Made by a program: the position numbers and the translations under genes
In this document: positions 1 to 9,309 of the stretch, one piece after another
Layout of the letters: each line of letters opens with the position of its first letter
Numbering within the stretch: position 1 is the first letter of the stretch
Notes under the pieces: model-generated
Seen by the model: only the letters and a program-made list of their open reading frames with translations
Told to the model about the DNA's origin: nothing
The model's database searches: none
DNA from: Myxococcota bacterium
GTDB lineage: Bacteria; Myxococcota_A; UBA796; UBA2385
Direction of reading: 5' to 3'
Assembly: GCA_044344255.1 (NCBI GenBank)
Contig: JBIJDH010000004.1
Span: 416,001-480,000, forward strand
Length of the DNA stretch: 64,000 nucleotides

Positions 1-384
1 CGTCACGACGTGGCCATGACCGGGGAGATCTCGCTCCGCGGCCGGGTCCTGCCGATCGGCGGCCTCAAAGAGAAGACCCTCGCCGCTCACCGGGCGGAGA
101 TCTCCCGGGTGTTGATCCCCGCCGAGAACAGCAAGGACCTCGAGGACGTGCCCAAGAACGTGCGTGAGCAGGTGGAGATCATCCCGGTCGCTCACATGGA
201 CGAGGTGTTGGAGCTCGCGCTCCGGTGGCCCGAGGGCGCGGCCCGCTTCCCCTTCCAAAGGCCGGTGGATGTCGTCGTCGATCGCCGGACCTCTATCGAT
301 GCCACCCCGCCCGCCCCCCTGGTGACGGCGGAGCGCATGGAAATCGATCTGACCCGCCTTGACGACCCGGGGCACACTCTATAA
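1..384 (+). CDS. lon: Lon protease, C-terminal part (5' truncated by window edge)
   Basis: [27 protein letters not shown] is the Lon proteolytic-domain motif; frame is open from base 1; TAA at 382-384. Confidence 0.95.
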   Translation, partial: RHDVAMTGEISLRGRVLPIGGLKEKTLAAHRAEISRVLIPAENSKDLEDVPKNVREQVEIIPVAHMDEVLELALRWPEGAARFPFQRPVDVVVDRRTSIDATPPAPLVTAERMEIDLTRLDDPGHTL

Positions 385-435
385 AAGGTGTGTGTTCCGG
401 GGGCGCTCGGCGGTGAAACTCCGCGCTGCTCTTCG

Positions 436-508
436 GGGCGGATAGCTCAGCTGGCAGAGCAGTAGCCTTACAAGCTACGGGTCGCAGGTTCAAACCCTGT
501 TCCGCCCA
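436..508 (+). tRNA. tRNA-Val(TAC), CCA not encoded
   Basis: Acceptor GGGCGGA/TCCGCCC, D-arm GCTC..GAGC, anticodon arm GTAGC-CT TAC AA-GCTAC, T-arm GCAGG-TTCAAAC-CCTGT. Confidence 0.95.
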
Positions 509-612
509 TTCTCAGTCAGTGACTCTCTTCAAAATCTGAGAAATAAATCGGGTTGCGGAGAGAGACCAGAGAGGTTAAGAAAAAAAGGTCGAGAGAGAGT
601 GACGCGAGTTTT

Positions 613-689
613 GGGGTTGTAGCTCAGTTGGTCAGAGCGTCGGCCTGTCACGCCGAAGGTCGCGGGTTCGAGCCCCGTCAACCCCGCCA
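613..689 (+). tRNA. tRNA-Asp(GTC), CCA encoded
   Basis: GGGGTTG/CAACCCC acceptor, TCGGC-CT GTC AC-GCCGA anticodon arm, GGTTCGAG T-loop, ends GCCA. Confidence 0.97.
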
Positions 690-695
690 TTTTTT

Positions 696-728
696 GAGCG
701 CCTGGAGGTCTTCCTTCAGGCGCTTTTT
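696..728 (+). terminator. Rho-independent terminator after tRNA-Asp
   Basis: GAGCGCCTGGAGG-tctt-CCTTCAGGCGCTT stem-loop running into a T tract. Confidence 0.85.
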
Positions 729-916
729 CTATTCTCTGGTCGTTCGTCGCTGCGGTCTTTCGTCCCTGTGGTCGTTCGACTCTGCGGGGTGACATGGTCC
801 CCGAGCTGAGGTCCTGCATGCGATCCCGCTCCGCTGCCCCCATCCATTCGGGCCCGGGTTCGGCGTCCCGGTGGAGCGGCCAGGCGCGGCGAGCTGTACG
901 AGCGGCGGCCATCGCG

Positions 917-1402
917 ATGCGGGTGGTGCTGCTGTTCGTCGGCGCATCGGCGGCGGAGGCGGGGGTCCCGACCAAGATCCCCCCCGATCGCGAGCGCGGC
1001 GAGGCCCTCTATCGAGTGAATTGCTGGCCCTGTCACGGGGCGCAGGCCCTCGGCGACGGCCCGGCGGGGGCGCCGTTGAAGACGCCCCCGCTCGCCGGGG
1101 TGATCCGGCCGACCGACTTCGATCCCCAGGTGGAGGTCGTGTTGCGCGGCCGCGGCGCCATGCCGGGCTACGCCGAGGTGCTCGATCGGAACGACGCCCG
1201 GCGCATCCTCGTCTGGCTCTCGGAGCTCGACCCCCTGACCGGCGTGGATCCGGTCGCGGAGAAGAAGAAGGCCGACGAAGCGAAACGAAAGCTCGAAGAA
1301 GAGAAGCGAAAAGCCGCTAAGAAGCCTAACCCCCGCAAGAAGGTCACACCGCCTCCGCCGGGAGACCCGCTCGCCCCCGCGGAGCAGGCTAAGGAAGACT
1401 GA
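917..1402 (+). CDS. Monoheme cytochrome c with Lys/Glu/Pro-rich tail
   Basis: Signal-like N-terminus, CWPCH heme motif, distal GRGAMP Met ligand; start uncertain. Confidence 0.8.
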   Translation: MRVVLLFVGASAAEAGVPTKIPPDRERGEALYRVNCWPCHGAQALGDGPAGAPLKTPPLAGVIRPTDFDPQVEVVLRGRGAMPGYAEVLDRNDARRILVWLSELDPLTGVDPVAEKKKADEAKRKLEEEKRKAAKKPNPRKKVTPPPPGDPLAPAEQAKED

Positions 1403-1463
1403 GGGCGCCCGTCGGTTTATTCGCGGGGCATGTAGGCGGTCTGCGCCGGGGGGAGAGACCAGC

Positions 1464-1838
1464 ATGGGCGAGAAGTGCACCACCAGCTCCGTGAGACGGA
1501 TCTCCCTCGTGGTGAGCCTCTGCTCGCTCACGATGTTCGGTCCTCCGGCCGCGGCGGCCGGTGACGCCGCCAAAGGCGGGACCGTCTACACCGCCAATTG
1601 TATGGCTTGTCATGGTGTAAACGCGGACGGAAAGGGCCCGGCCGCGGCGGCGTTCCAGCCCAAGCCCACCGACTTCACCAGCGCCACCTTCTGGCTGGAT
1701 CGGAAGGACGACGGCATCAAGGCCGTGGTGCGTACGGGGCGCCCCGGCACCCCGATGATGCCCTTCGGCAAGCTCAGCGAGGCCGATCTGGACAACCTCG
1801 TTGCCTTCCTCCGCACGAAGGCCCCTGCGGGGGGCTGA
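1464..1838 (+). CDS. Monoheme cytochrome c (class I)
   Basis: Signal peptide ending AAA, CMACH, GRPGTPMMPF. Confidence 0.9.
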   Translation: MGEKCTTSSVRRISLVVSLCSLTMFGPPAAAAGDAAKGGTVYTANCMACHGVNADGKGPAAAAFQPKPTDFTSATFWLDRKDDGIKAVVRTGRPGTPMMPFGKLSEADLDNLVAFLRTKAPAGG

Positions 1839-1915
1839 GCGGAGAGACCTCGGTAATTCGTGTCCCGGTCGATGTGCGGTGCGGGCCCTGGGGTTGAGCG
1901 GTGGACGGGGTGATG

Positions 1916-1944
1916 TTGACAGGGTGGAGGAGCGGCGATAGTCG
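1916..1944 (+). promoter_or_regulatory. Possible sigma70-type promoter of tRNA-Trp
   Basis: Exact TTGACA at 1916-1921, about 35 nt upstream of the tRNA; the -10 match (GATAGT/TAGTCG) is weak. Confidence 0.4.
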
Positions 1945-1954
1945 GACGCCACAT

Positions 1955-2027
1955 ACGGGTGTAGCTCAGTTGGTAGAGCAGCGGATTCCAAATCCGCAGG
2001 CCGTGGGTTCAAGTCCCTCCGCCCGTG
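1955..2027 (+). tRNA. tRNA-Trp(CCA), CCA end not encoded
   Basis: ACGGGTG/CGCCCGT acceptor, GCGGA-TT CCA AA-TCCGC anticodon arm, GGTTCAAGT T-loop, G73 discriminator. Confidence 0.95.
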
Positions 2028-2133
2028 CTTTCTTCTCTCGCGCCCCCGGGGCCGGTGGTATGTCCGGGCTTCGGGTGAGCGGCAGCGCTTGGCGAGACAG
2101 GATGCCTCGAGACAGGATGGTTGAGGTCCTTTG

Positions 2134-3834
2134 ATGGACCTCCCACCAGCCCGAGCATGGAGCGCGATCGCGCTGATCATCGTCCTGGCCGCGGTCCTGG
2201 TCGCGGCTTGGCCGGCGCTGGGTGGTCCCTACGGGACCGCACTCGGGCGCCCGACGGGGGAGGGCGCGGCCCACCTGTGGGGGCTTTGGACGAGCGCGGA
2301 GGGGCTGTGGGCAGAGGGCCCCTATGTCCGGGTCGCCGCCGTGGCTTGGCCGGATGGTTGGCGGGCCGATCTCGCCGATCCAATCCACCTGCTCGTGTTC
2401 GTGCCGGCTCTCTGGATCGGGCTCGGCCCCGCCCTGGCCTGGAACCTCGTCGTGGTCTCCACGATCGCCCTCGCCGGTGTCGGTGGTTGGCGACTCGGCG
2501 GGCGGCTTTGGCCGGGGAGCCCCGCGCCGCGCCTCCTCCTCACCGCCGCGCTGGTCAGCGCGCCGGCCCTCCACGGCGCGCTGCCCCTCGGGCGCTCGGA
2601 GTACCTCCCGGGGGCGTGGATCGCGCTCCCCCTCTCGCTCCTCTGGGAGGCCCTCCAGCCGGGTGCGGGTCGAGGGCGTGCGGCGCTCGCGATCCTCGGC
2701 ATGGTCCTCCTCGGTCACGCCGGCCCACAGCTTGTCCTCGGCCTGTTGATCTTCGGGATGCCGCTGCTCGTCAAATCTTGGCTGTGCGGCACCCGCGCGG
2801 CTCGCGTCCGCCTGGGCTGGGTGCTGGGCCTGTCGGTGCTCGGCCTCTTGCCCCGCCTGTGGAGCCTCGTTGAGGTGGAGCCCTGGTGGCTCCAGCGCCT
2901 CGCGAGCCCGGTCTTGCTCCCCGATCCCTCTCAGTGTCGCTCCCCCTTCGCCCTCCTGCGCTACTGGCCGATCGAGGTCCAAGGGCATGAGCTGGAGGTT
3001 CCGGCCTATGCCGGCCTGGCCCTGGTGCTCGGCGCGGCGCTCTCGCTCAGCTTGTCGCCCCGTCGGGTCGCGCCCTGGCTCGGACTTGGCCTCGGCTTCC
3101 TCGCGGTCTGCCTCGGCCCCCGATGGGTGTTGGGAGGGTCCACCGATCTGCTCGGCCCGGCCGCGCTGCTGCAGGCCTTGCCGCCGCTCCGCGCCTTTCA
3201 CGGCTGGTCGCGTTGGATGATCCTGCTCTCCCTCCCGTTCGGCCTCGCGATCGGCCATGGAGTCCACCGCCTCGGGGGTCATAGACCCCGGCTCGGGGCC
3301 GCCATCGCGCTCGGCGTCTCGGCCTTGTTGATGCTCGACGGGCTGAGCTGGCGGCCGGTGGAGCCGGCGGCCTTCTCTCTCCGCCCACCGCCCCTCTTGG
3401 AGGCCGCGCTGGGGCGGCTACCGGCGGGGCCCCTGCTCGAGCTCCCGGTGCGCCAGGGGGACGCCGTCGCCGAGCGCCGGTCGGAGGACGCCTCGCTGCT
3501 CTGGGCGCGCGCCTGGGGCCGGCCGACCCAGCTCGCGCCGTCTCCAGCCGAGTCTTCGGTGGAGCGCTCCAACCTGCTCATGCGCTTGCCGATGGAGCTC
3601 GACCGCTTGCAGCGAGATCCGTGCTTGTCGCGCTCGGTGGCAGCGCTGATGGACCTCGGCTTTGTCGGGCTGGTCTTCCACCTCGACCGCGCGCCGGCCA
3701 ATCGCCGCCAGGCCAGCCTCGAGCTGCTTCAGGGCCTCCTCGGTCCGGCGATCTCCGGCGGTGACCCCGAGCGACCGGTCTGGGCCCTCTCTGTCCCGCC
3801 GGGGTCCGCGTGCGCCGAGGCTGTCCCGGGGTAG
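2134..3834 (+). CDS. Polytopic membrane protein, possibly GT-C/YfhO-like glycosyltransferase
   Basis: About 10+ hydrophobic segments followed by a soluble C-terminal domain (GPLLELP motif); function inferred only. Confidence 0.6.
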   Translation: MDLPPARAWSAIALIIVLAAVLVAAWPALGGPYGTALGRPTGEGAAHLWGLWTSAEGLWAEGPYVRVAAVAWPDGWRADLADPIHLLVFVPALWIGLGPALAWNLVVVSTIALAGVGGWRLGGRLWPGSPAPRLLLTAALVSAPALHGALPLGRSEYLPGAWIALPLSLLWEALQPGAGRGRAALAILGMVLLGHAGPQLVLGLLIFGMPLLVKSWLCGTRAARVRLGWVLGLSVLGLLPRLWSLVEVEPWWLQRLASPVLLPDPSQCRSPFALLRYWPIEVQGHELEVPAYAGLALVLGAALSLSLSPRRVAPWLGLGLGFLAVCLGPRWVLGGSTDLLGPAALLQALPPLRAFHGWSRWMILLSLPFGLAIGHGVHRLGGHRPRLGAAIALGVSALLMLDGLSWRPVEPAAFSLRPPPLLEAALGRLPAGPLLELPVRQGDAVAERRSEDASLLWARAWGRPTQLAPSPAESSVERSNLLMRLPMELDRLQRDPCLSRSVAALMDLGFVGLVFHLDRAPANRRQASLELLQGLLGPAISGGDPERPVWALSVPPGSACAEAVPG

Positions 3835-3856
3835 GAGGGTTCGCTCTGGAGGACCA

Positions 3857-4261
3857 TTGGGCAAGAACCCGTACATCCAGGCGGAGGTCCCTGACCCGCC
3901 CCTTCGCGCCTACACGCTCACCTTGAAGAACACCGGCCAGCGCTTCCGGGTTGATCCCACCTCGCTCCCCGCCGCCCACGAGGGCCACCGGGGATCGATC
4001 CTCACGATCTTGCTGGAGGCAGGCGTCGAGATCGACCACTCCTGCGGGGGCGTCTGCGCCTGCTCCACTTGTCACGTCTACGTCGAGGCGGGCGGCGACA
4101 CCGCCCCCGAGCCCATTGAGGAGGAGGAGGACATGCTCGACTTCGCCCCCGCGGTGCGGTCCAACTCTCGCCTCTCCTGCCAGTGTGTGCCGAACGGCAG
4201 CCAGGACGTCGTGGTCGAGATCCCGAGCTGGAAGCGGAATGAGGTGTCCGAGGAGGGCTGA
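3857..4261 (+). CDS. fdx: 2Fe-2S ferredoxin (adrenodoxin/ISC Fdx type)
   Basis: HSCGGVCACSTCHVY ... EEDMLD ... SRLSCQ; TTG start after GGAGGA. Confidence 0.9.
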   Translation: MGKNPYIQAEVPDPPLRAYTLTLKNTGQRFRVDPTSLPAAHEGHRGSILTILLEAGVEIDHSCGGVCACSTCHVYVEAGGDTAPEPIEEEEDMLDFAPAVRSNSRLSCQCVPNGSQDVVVEIPSWKRNEVSEEG

Positions 4262-4309
4262 GCTCCCCGAAGGCCGGAGTCAGGGGATACTCCAGGTGGG
4301 GGGCGCCTG

Positions 4310-5341
4310 GTGAGCATCCGACTCAGTTCAAGGTCTGCGGGCTCAGTGCTCCGCTCCGTGGTGCGCTCCATCGGCCTGCTGGGCGGCCTGCTGATCACGG
4401 GTGTGCTCGGCTACACCCTCATCGAGGGCTGGTCGGTGCTCGACGCCGTCTGGATGGTGATCATCACCATCACGACGATCGGCTACGGCGAGCCCCATCC
4501 GCTCAGCGCCGCGGGCCGAGTCTTCACCCTGTTCTTCATCTCCGGCGGAGTGGGCGTCGGCGCCTATTCGATCAGCCAGGTCACACAGCTCGCCCTCGAG
4601 GGGGAGATTGGCAAGCTGCTGCGAGAGCGGCGACAGAGGTGGCAGATGAAGGGGATGAGCGGTCACTTCATCGTGGTGGGCTACGGCCGACTCGGGAAGG
4701 CTGTGGTGGCGGAGCTGCTTGACGCCGGCGTCCCGGTCTGCGTCATCGAGCAGCAGGGGCAGGCCGCCGAGGTGCACCACGGTGGGCGCCTCGTGCCCTT
4801 CATCAAGGGGGACGGGGCCGACGACGACGTCTTGCGCCAGGCGGGCATCGAGCGCGCGCGGGGGGTGGCGATCACCGCCGCCCCGGTCGCCGACGCCGTG
4901 TTCATCACCCTCTCGGCGCGCCAGCTCAACAAGTCGGTGCCGATCCTCACCCGGGTCGAGAGCGACGCGGACGCGATCAAGGCGCGGCGGGCCGGGGCCA
5001 CTCAGGTCGTGAGCCCGCACATCATGGGCGGATGGCGGATGGCCCACGGGCTGGTGCGGCCCAACACCATGAACTTCCTCGACATCGCCACCCTCTCCTC
5101 TCGTGAGGATCTGCTGCTCGACGAGATCCTGATCGACGAGCACAGCCCCCTCATCGGCCAGACCATCGGCGCGCTCGGCGTGGCGCGCGCCCACCGTGTC
5201 CTGGTGGTCGCGATCCGGACCGTGACGGGCGAGATGCTCCCTGTGCCGGGCCCCGAGGTGCGCCTCTGCGGCGGGGAGGTGCTCATCGTCGTCGGCGTCC
5301 CCGCGGGGGTGCGCGCCTTCAGCGCGAGCATCTCTCGCTGA
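4310..5341 (+). CDS. Potassium channel with RCK (TrkA-N/TrkA-C) domains
   Basis: TTIGYG selectivity filter between two TM helices; GYGRLG Rossmann motif. Confidence 0.92.
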   Translation: MSIRLSSRSAGSVLRSVVRSIGLLGGLLITGVLGYTLIEGWSVLDAVWMVIITITTIGYGEPHPLSAAGRVFTLFFISGGVGVGAYSISQVTQLALEGEIGKLLRERRQRWQMKGMSGHFIVVGYGRLGKAVVAELLDAGVPVCVIEQQGQAAEVHHGGRLVPFIKGDGADDDVLRQAGIERARGVAITAAPVADAVFITLSARQLNKSVPILTRVESDADAIKARRAGATQVVSPHIMGGWRMAHGLVRPNTMNFLDIATLSSREDLLLDEILIDEHSPLIGQTIGALGVARAHRVLVVAIRTVTGEMLPVPGPEVRLCGGEVLIVVGVPAGVRAFSASISR

Positions 5342-5356
5342 GCGAGGCCCGTCGGG

Positions 5357-6043
5357 TCAGCGTTCGCCGAGGGCGCCGGTCGCCGGGCTCAGGGCGAAGC
5401 GAGCCGCGTCCATCCGACCGCTCGCCAGCATCGAGACGTAGCGGCTGCCGGTGATGATCAGGTGGTCCAGCAGCGGGATGCCGAGGAGCTGCCCGAGGCG
5501 GGCGATGCGCTCGGTGACGATCACGTCCTCGTGGGAGGGCTGCGGATCGCCGCTCGGGTGGTTGTGGACCAGGATCAGGGCCGCCGCCCCCGCCTGGATG
5601 GCCGGGCGAAAGACCTGTCGGGGCTCGACGATGGTCGCCGCCGAGCCGCCGCGGCTGATGAGCATACAGGCGAGGATCTGCTGCCGGCGGTCGACATAGA
5701 CGGCGTGAAGCTCCTCGACCTCCAGCGGCCCGAGGCGCCCTCGGAGGTGCAGGTAGATGTCCTCGGCTTCAACGGCCCGCCCCAGCACCGGCGGGCAGCG
5801 GTTGGCGGCGCGCAGGCCCGCCTGCAAGGCGGCGTGCAGGCGCAGGGCCCGAATGGGTCCGAGACCGCCGCGAGTGCGCAGCGCGGCGACCGGGGCCTGC
5901 GAGAGGGTGGCGAGGTCGCCGAAGCTGGCGAGGAGCTGATCGGCGGCGCCGCCGCCCTCCGCGTCCCCGAGGGCGAGGCGTAGGATCTCCAGATCACCGA
6001 GCCCGTTGGGGCCCTCGAGCGTGTAACGGTCCTGGGTGTACAT
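5357..6043 (-). CDS. radC: RadC-family JAB domain protein
   Basis: N-terminal HhH region plus HNHPSGDPQPSHED JAB motif and LLDHLII; AGGAGG RBS. Confidence 0.92.
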   Translation of the reverse strand: MYTQDRYTLEGPNGLGDLEILRLALGDAEGGGAADQLLASFGDLATLSQAPVAALRTRGGLGPIRALRLHAALQAGLRAANRCPPVLGRAVEAEDIYLHLRGRLGPLEVEELHAVYVDRRQQILACMLISRGGSAATIVEPRQVFRPAIQAGAAALILVHNHPSGDPQPSHEDVIVTERIARLGQLLGIPLLDHLIITGSRYVSMLASGRMDAARFALSPATGALGER

Positions 6044-6066
6044 GATGAACCTCCTGCTCGAGCGCT

Positions 6067-6082
6067 TGCAGGAGGCGTGCCA
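6067..6082 (-). promoter_or_regulatory. Candidate sigma54 (-24/-12) promoter upstream of radC
   Basis: Minus strand reads TGGCACG-CCTC-CTGCA versus consensus TGGCACG-N4-TTGCW, with correct GG-N10-GC spacing. Confidence 0.6.
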
Positions 6083-6165
6083 TTGTAGTTCCAGGGACTT
6101 GGAGCCTGTCGACCGCTGTCACTGTCCGAAGATCCACCAGGACCTTCGTCACCCTGGGCCCGCCC

Positions 6166-7167
6166 CTACTGCAGGCCGACCTCGATCTGGAAGCCGACCT
6201 GATCGGCGGGCAGGCCCTCCTGGGCGCGGAGGCTGCCGGTGGGGCTGGCGCCGAGCACGGTGAGGGTGCTCCGCAGCGAGGCCGCTTCGGCGGCGGGCAC
6301 GAGCACCGTCACCTTGATGAAGTCCTGCTCGGCGCTGAGCGCGAAGGGGGCCAGCGCCGCTCCGCGCGGATCGTAGACCTTTCCGCCCCGGCCCTTCGCG
6401 GCCGCCGAGAGGGTGTAGAGGGCGTTGGGGTCGTCCGTGCGCAGGCTGTAGAGGTAGGTGCTTCCGCCCGCCTGCGCGGCGCTCCCGTCGCGGGCTGGGG
6501 CGCCGTCTGGGGTGCCGCCCTCGGGCTCGCTCGCCTGCTCCCAGTCGGGGCTGTACGGCTCTACGCCGGAGCCCGTGCCGGAGCTGGAGCGTGCGCCGAC
6601 CGGGGTGCCGCCGAGGGTGCCTCCGCTGGGCACAGTGTTGAAGGTCACGCCATCCGCCGAGCTCACGAGGGGGATCGGGCCCTCCGCTCCCTCCACCGCG
6701 GCGCCCACCACGGGGGCCTCGGACGGCGCTTCGGCCCGCGGGGTCGCGCTGGTGGCGGAGATATCCCCAGGGAGGGGCGCCGTGGAGGCGGCCGAGCGGC
6801 GCTCGGCGGCTACCCCGGCCTCGTCGACCTCGGGGCGACCCTGGATCATGATGACGACCACCACGGCGGCGGCGGCGAGGGCCATCGCCTCGACGGGCAC
6901 GCGGGCGAACCACCGGCGGAGGCGGAGCGCCGGGCGGGTGGGGAGTGGCTCGTCGCGGACGGACTCCATCACCCGGGCGTGGAAGCCCCTCGGCGCCTCG
7001 GTGGGCCCCTCGCGCCGCAGCAGGTCGACGCTCCGGCGCATCGCCTCGTACTCCCGCTTCAGCGCCGGATCGCGCTCGATGGCTTCGGACAGCGACGCCG
7101 CCTCGGCGTCGTCGAGGGCGCCGTCGAGGTAGGCGGAGAGGCGGTTGCGAGCGAAGAAGGAGTCCAT
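6166..7167 (-). CDS. Transmembrane anti-sigma factor
   Basis: N-terminal LSAYLDGAL anti-sigma domain (no HxxxCxxC), one TM helix, immediately downstream of an ECF sigma gene. Confidence 0.8.
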   Translation of the reverse strand: MDSFFARNRLSAYLDGALDDAEAASLSEAIERDPALKREYEAMRRSVDLLRREGPTEAPRGFHARVMESVRDEPLPTRPALRLRRWFARVPVEAMALAAAAVVVVIMIQGRPEVDEAGVAAERRSAASTAPLPGDISATSATPRAEAPSEAPVVGAAVEGAEGPIPLVSSADGVTFNTVPSGGTLGGTPVGARSSSGTGSGVEPYSPDWEQASEPEGGTPDGAPARDGSAAQAGGSTYLYSLRTDDPNALYTLSAAAKGRGGKVYDPRGAALAPFALSAEQDFIKVTVLVPAAEAASLRSTLTVLGASPTGSLRAQEGLPADQVGFQIEVGLQ

Positions 7168-7194
7168 GGGTCCACCCTGAAGGGGGCTCGGTGT

Positions 7195-7824
7195 TCAGTC
7201 GAAGATGTCGTCCTTGCCGATGAAGCGGGAGAGGCTCCGAGCGAGCTGGGCGCGGGCGCGGTGGAGCCGGCTCTTCACCGTCCCCCGCGCGAGCTCCAGG
7301 ATATCCGCGATCTCTTCATAAGCGAGGCCATCCACGTCGCGGAGGATGACGATGGCGCGATGGCTCTCATCGAGCTCCTCCAAGGCCTCGAGGACGAGCT
7401 TGCCTGCCTCTGACCTGTGCAGGGCCTCATCGGTTCCCGGTCCGGGGTGCGGGAGCTCTCGCGGCGGCGCGTCGTCCCCGCCGAGGCCCTCGAGCGGCTC
7501 GTGGCGGTCGCTCGCCCGACGGCGGCTGTAGCTGCGGCGGTTCTTGCAGTGGTTGACCGCGATCCGGAAGATCCAGGTCGAGAATTTGGAGTCCCCGCGG
7601 AAGTTCGGCAGGCTTCGATAGACGGCGAGGAAGACCTCCTGGGCCACCTCCTCTGCCGCCTCCCGCTCCCCGAGCCAGCGCAAGCAGATGGTGAACACCC
7701 GGTCTTGATACCGGGTCACCAGCAGCGAGAAGGCCTCCCGGTCGCCCTCACAAAAGCGGCGAACGAGCTCTTCGTCCGCGGCCCCGGAGGTGCCGGGGCC
7801 CGACCCGGGAGCGCCCAAAGCCAT
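7195..7824 (-). CDS. ECF RNA polymerase sigma factor (RpoE/SigW-like)
   Basis: AEEVAQEVFL, KFSTWIFRIAVN (region 2), YEEIADIL..GTVKSRLHRAR (region 4). Confidence 0.95.
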   Translation of the reverse strand: MALGAPGSGPGTSGAADEELVRRFCEGDREAFSLLVTRYQDRVFTICLRWLGEREAAEEVAQEVFLAVYRSLPNFRGDSKFSTWIFRIAVNHCKNRRSYSRRRASDRHEPLEGLGGDDAPPRELPHPGPGTDEALHRSEAGKLVLEALEELDESHRAIVILRDVDGLAYEEIADILELARGTVKSRLHRARAQLARSLSRFIGKDDIFD

Positions 7825-7827
7825 GCG

Positions 7828-8283
7828 CTACTCGTCGTCCTCGATGCCAGTGGCTTCCATCTTGAGCGGGGTCCCGTTGCGGACGGAGTCCTGCACCGCG
7901 GCGAGGGTCACGCGCGCCAGGGGGAAGAGCGCCTTCTTGAAGCGGGCGCCCTTGAGGGTGACCCCGTCCATATTGGCGAAGTCGAAGTCCGTGCCCTCGA
8001 GCGTCGCCAGGTCGAGCACCGCGTTCTGGAGGTTTGCGTTCCATAGGCTGGCGCGATCGAGGTGCGCGCCACGGAAGCTCGCCCCGGACAGGTTCGCCTC
8101 GGCCAGCTTGGCCCAGCGGAGGTCGAGGTTGTCGAAGGTGAGACCAGACAGGTCAGCGCCGCGCATGTCGGCCTCCACGAGCGAGACTCGCTTGCGGATG
8201 GCCTCTTGGACCTGCTTTCGGGTGAGGGTCTCGGGGGTGCTGGTCAGGTCGTCCGCCTCAGCGGTGCTTCGTTTGATGCTCAT
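7828..8283 (-). CDS. Pentapeptide repeat protein
   Basis: Tandem A(D/N)LxG/A pentapeptides (ADMRG ADLSG ... ANLSG ASFRG AHLDR). Confidence 0.9.
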   Translation of the reverse strand: MSIKRSTAEADDLTSTPETLTRKQVQEAIRKRVSLVEADMRGADLSGLTFDNLDLRWAKLAEANLSGASFRGAHLDRASLWNANLQNAVLDLATLEGTDFDFANMDGVTLKGARFKKALFPLARVTLAAVQDSVRNGTPLKMEATGIEDDE

Positions 8284-9260
8284 TCTTGACTCAGGGCGGG
8301 AGGAGGGCCGGTGAGCAAGCGCACCGCCTGGGTCGCGACCGTCCCCAAGGGGGCGCTGCCGAGCGCGTCGGACCAGTGTACGCCGCCGGGGTTGAGCGTG
8401 TTGACCTCGACGAGGCGCCCGCCGATGATGTCCAGGCCGGCGATGCGTATCCCGTTGGCCAGGAGCCGGGGACCAATCACGGCCGCGATGGCCTCGTCTG
8501 TCGCCTCGATGGGCACCGGGCAGGGCTGCCCCCCTTGGCGGAGGTTGTGGCGGAACTCACCGGGGCCCTGGCGCCGGAGGTAGGCGCCCAGCAGCTCGCC
8601 GTCGACCCAGAAGAGCCGCTTCTCGCCATCGACGGCCTCGGGCAGGTACTCCTGGACCACGACGGGACCTCCGTGGGCGACCGAGCGGGCCTGATCGACG
8701 GCCTGGTCGAGCAGATCGAGGCGGCGAGGTGGGACCAGGGCCACCCCGCGTCCTCCGCTGGCGCTCGCAGGCTTGACAACGATCGCGCCCCGCTGGTTCT
8801 CGGCGAACGCGGCGATCGAGGCGCGGCTGGAGGTGACGATGGTCGCCGGGCGTGGCACGCCGGCCTGGGTGGCCAGCCAGGCCTTGCTGCGGGTGCGGGC
8901 GATGCCAGCGGGGTCGTTCACCACCACGACCCCTTGCTCTTGCGCGATCATCGCGGCGTGGAGCGTGTCTGGGCCGAGCGGGTTGACGCGGATGAACAAA
9001 CGGTCGCAGGTCGACAGCTCGGTGAAGCGCCGGGGCAGGTCGCGGGTGGTGATGCGGCGGCAGAGCTCCAGTCGGTCGGCGATGGGCTCGTCCAAGGACC
9101 AGGCCCGCATGACGAGGCGCCCGCCGGCGGTGATCTCGAGGTCCGCTGGCTCGCATAGCCGAACGGTGTGACCGAGCTGGGCCGCGGCGTGGATGAGGTG
9201 CACCGTGGTCCAGGTCGGATCCATCACCGTGGTGCTGGTGACGAGGACGGCGAGGCGCAT
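8280..9260 (-). CDS. gshB: Glutathione synthetase-like ATP-grasp ligase
   Basis: VVKP..SGGRGV, VVQEYLPE..GEKR, FRHNLRQGG, GLDIIGGRLVEVN; GshB-like N-terminal domain. Confidence 0.7.
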   Translation of the reverse strand: MRLAVLVTSTTVMDPTWTTVHLIHAAAQLGHTVRLCEPADLEITAGGRLVMRAWSLDEPIADRLELCRRITTRDLPRRFTELSTCDRLFIRVNPLGPDTLHAAMIAQEQGVVVVNDPAGIARTRSKAWLATQAGVPRPATIVTSSRASIAAFAENQRGAIVVKPASASGGRGVALVPPRRLDLLDQAVDQARSVAHGGPVVVQEYLPEAVDGEKRLFWVDGELLGAYLRRQGPGEFRHNLRQGGQPCPVPIEATDEAIAAVIGPRLLANGIRIAGLDIIGGRLVEVNTLNPGGVHWSDALGSAPLGTVATQAVRLLTGPPPALSQE

Positions 9261-9309
9261 CCGGCTCCTTCAAAGGGGGAGGCGCGGGTATCTCAGCCCC
9301 CTCGGCCCT

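Noticed and set aside
436..6043. Genomic island at the tRNAs, suggested by radC
   Set aside because: No integrase, att duplication or compositional shift; radC is the full-length chromosomal type
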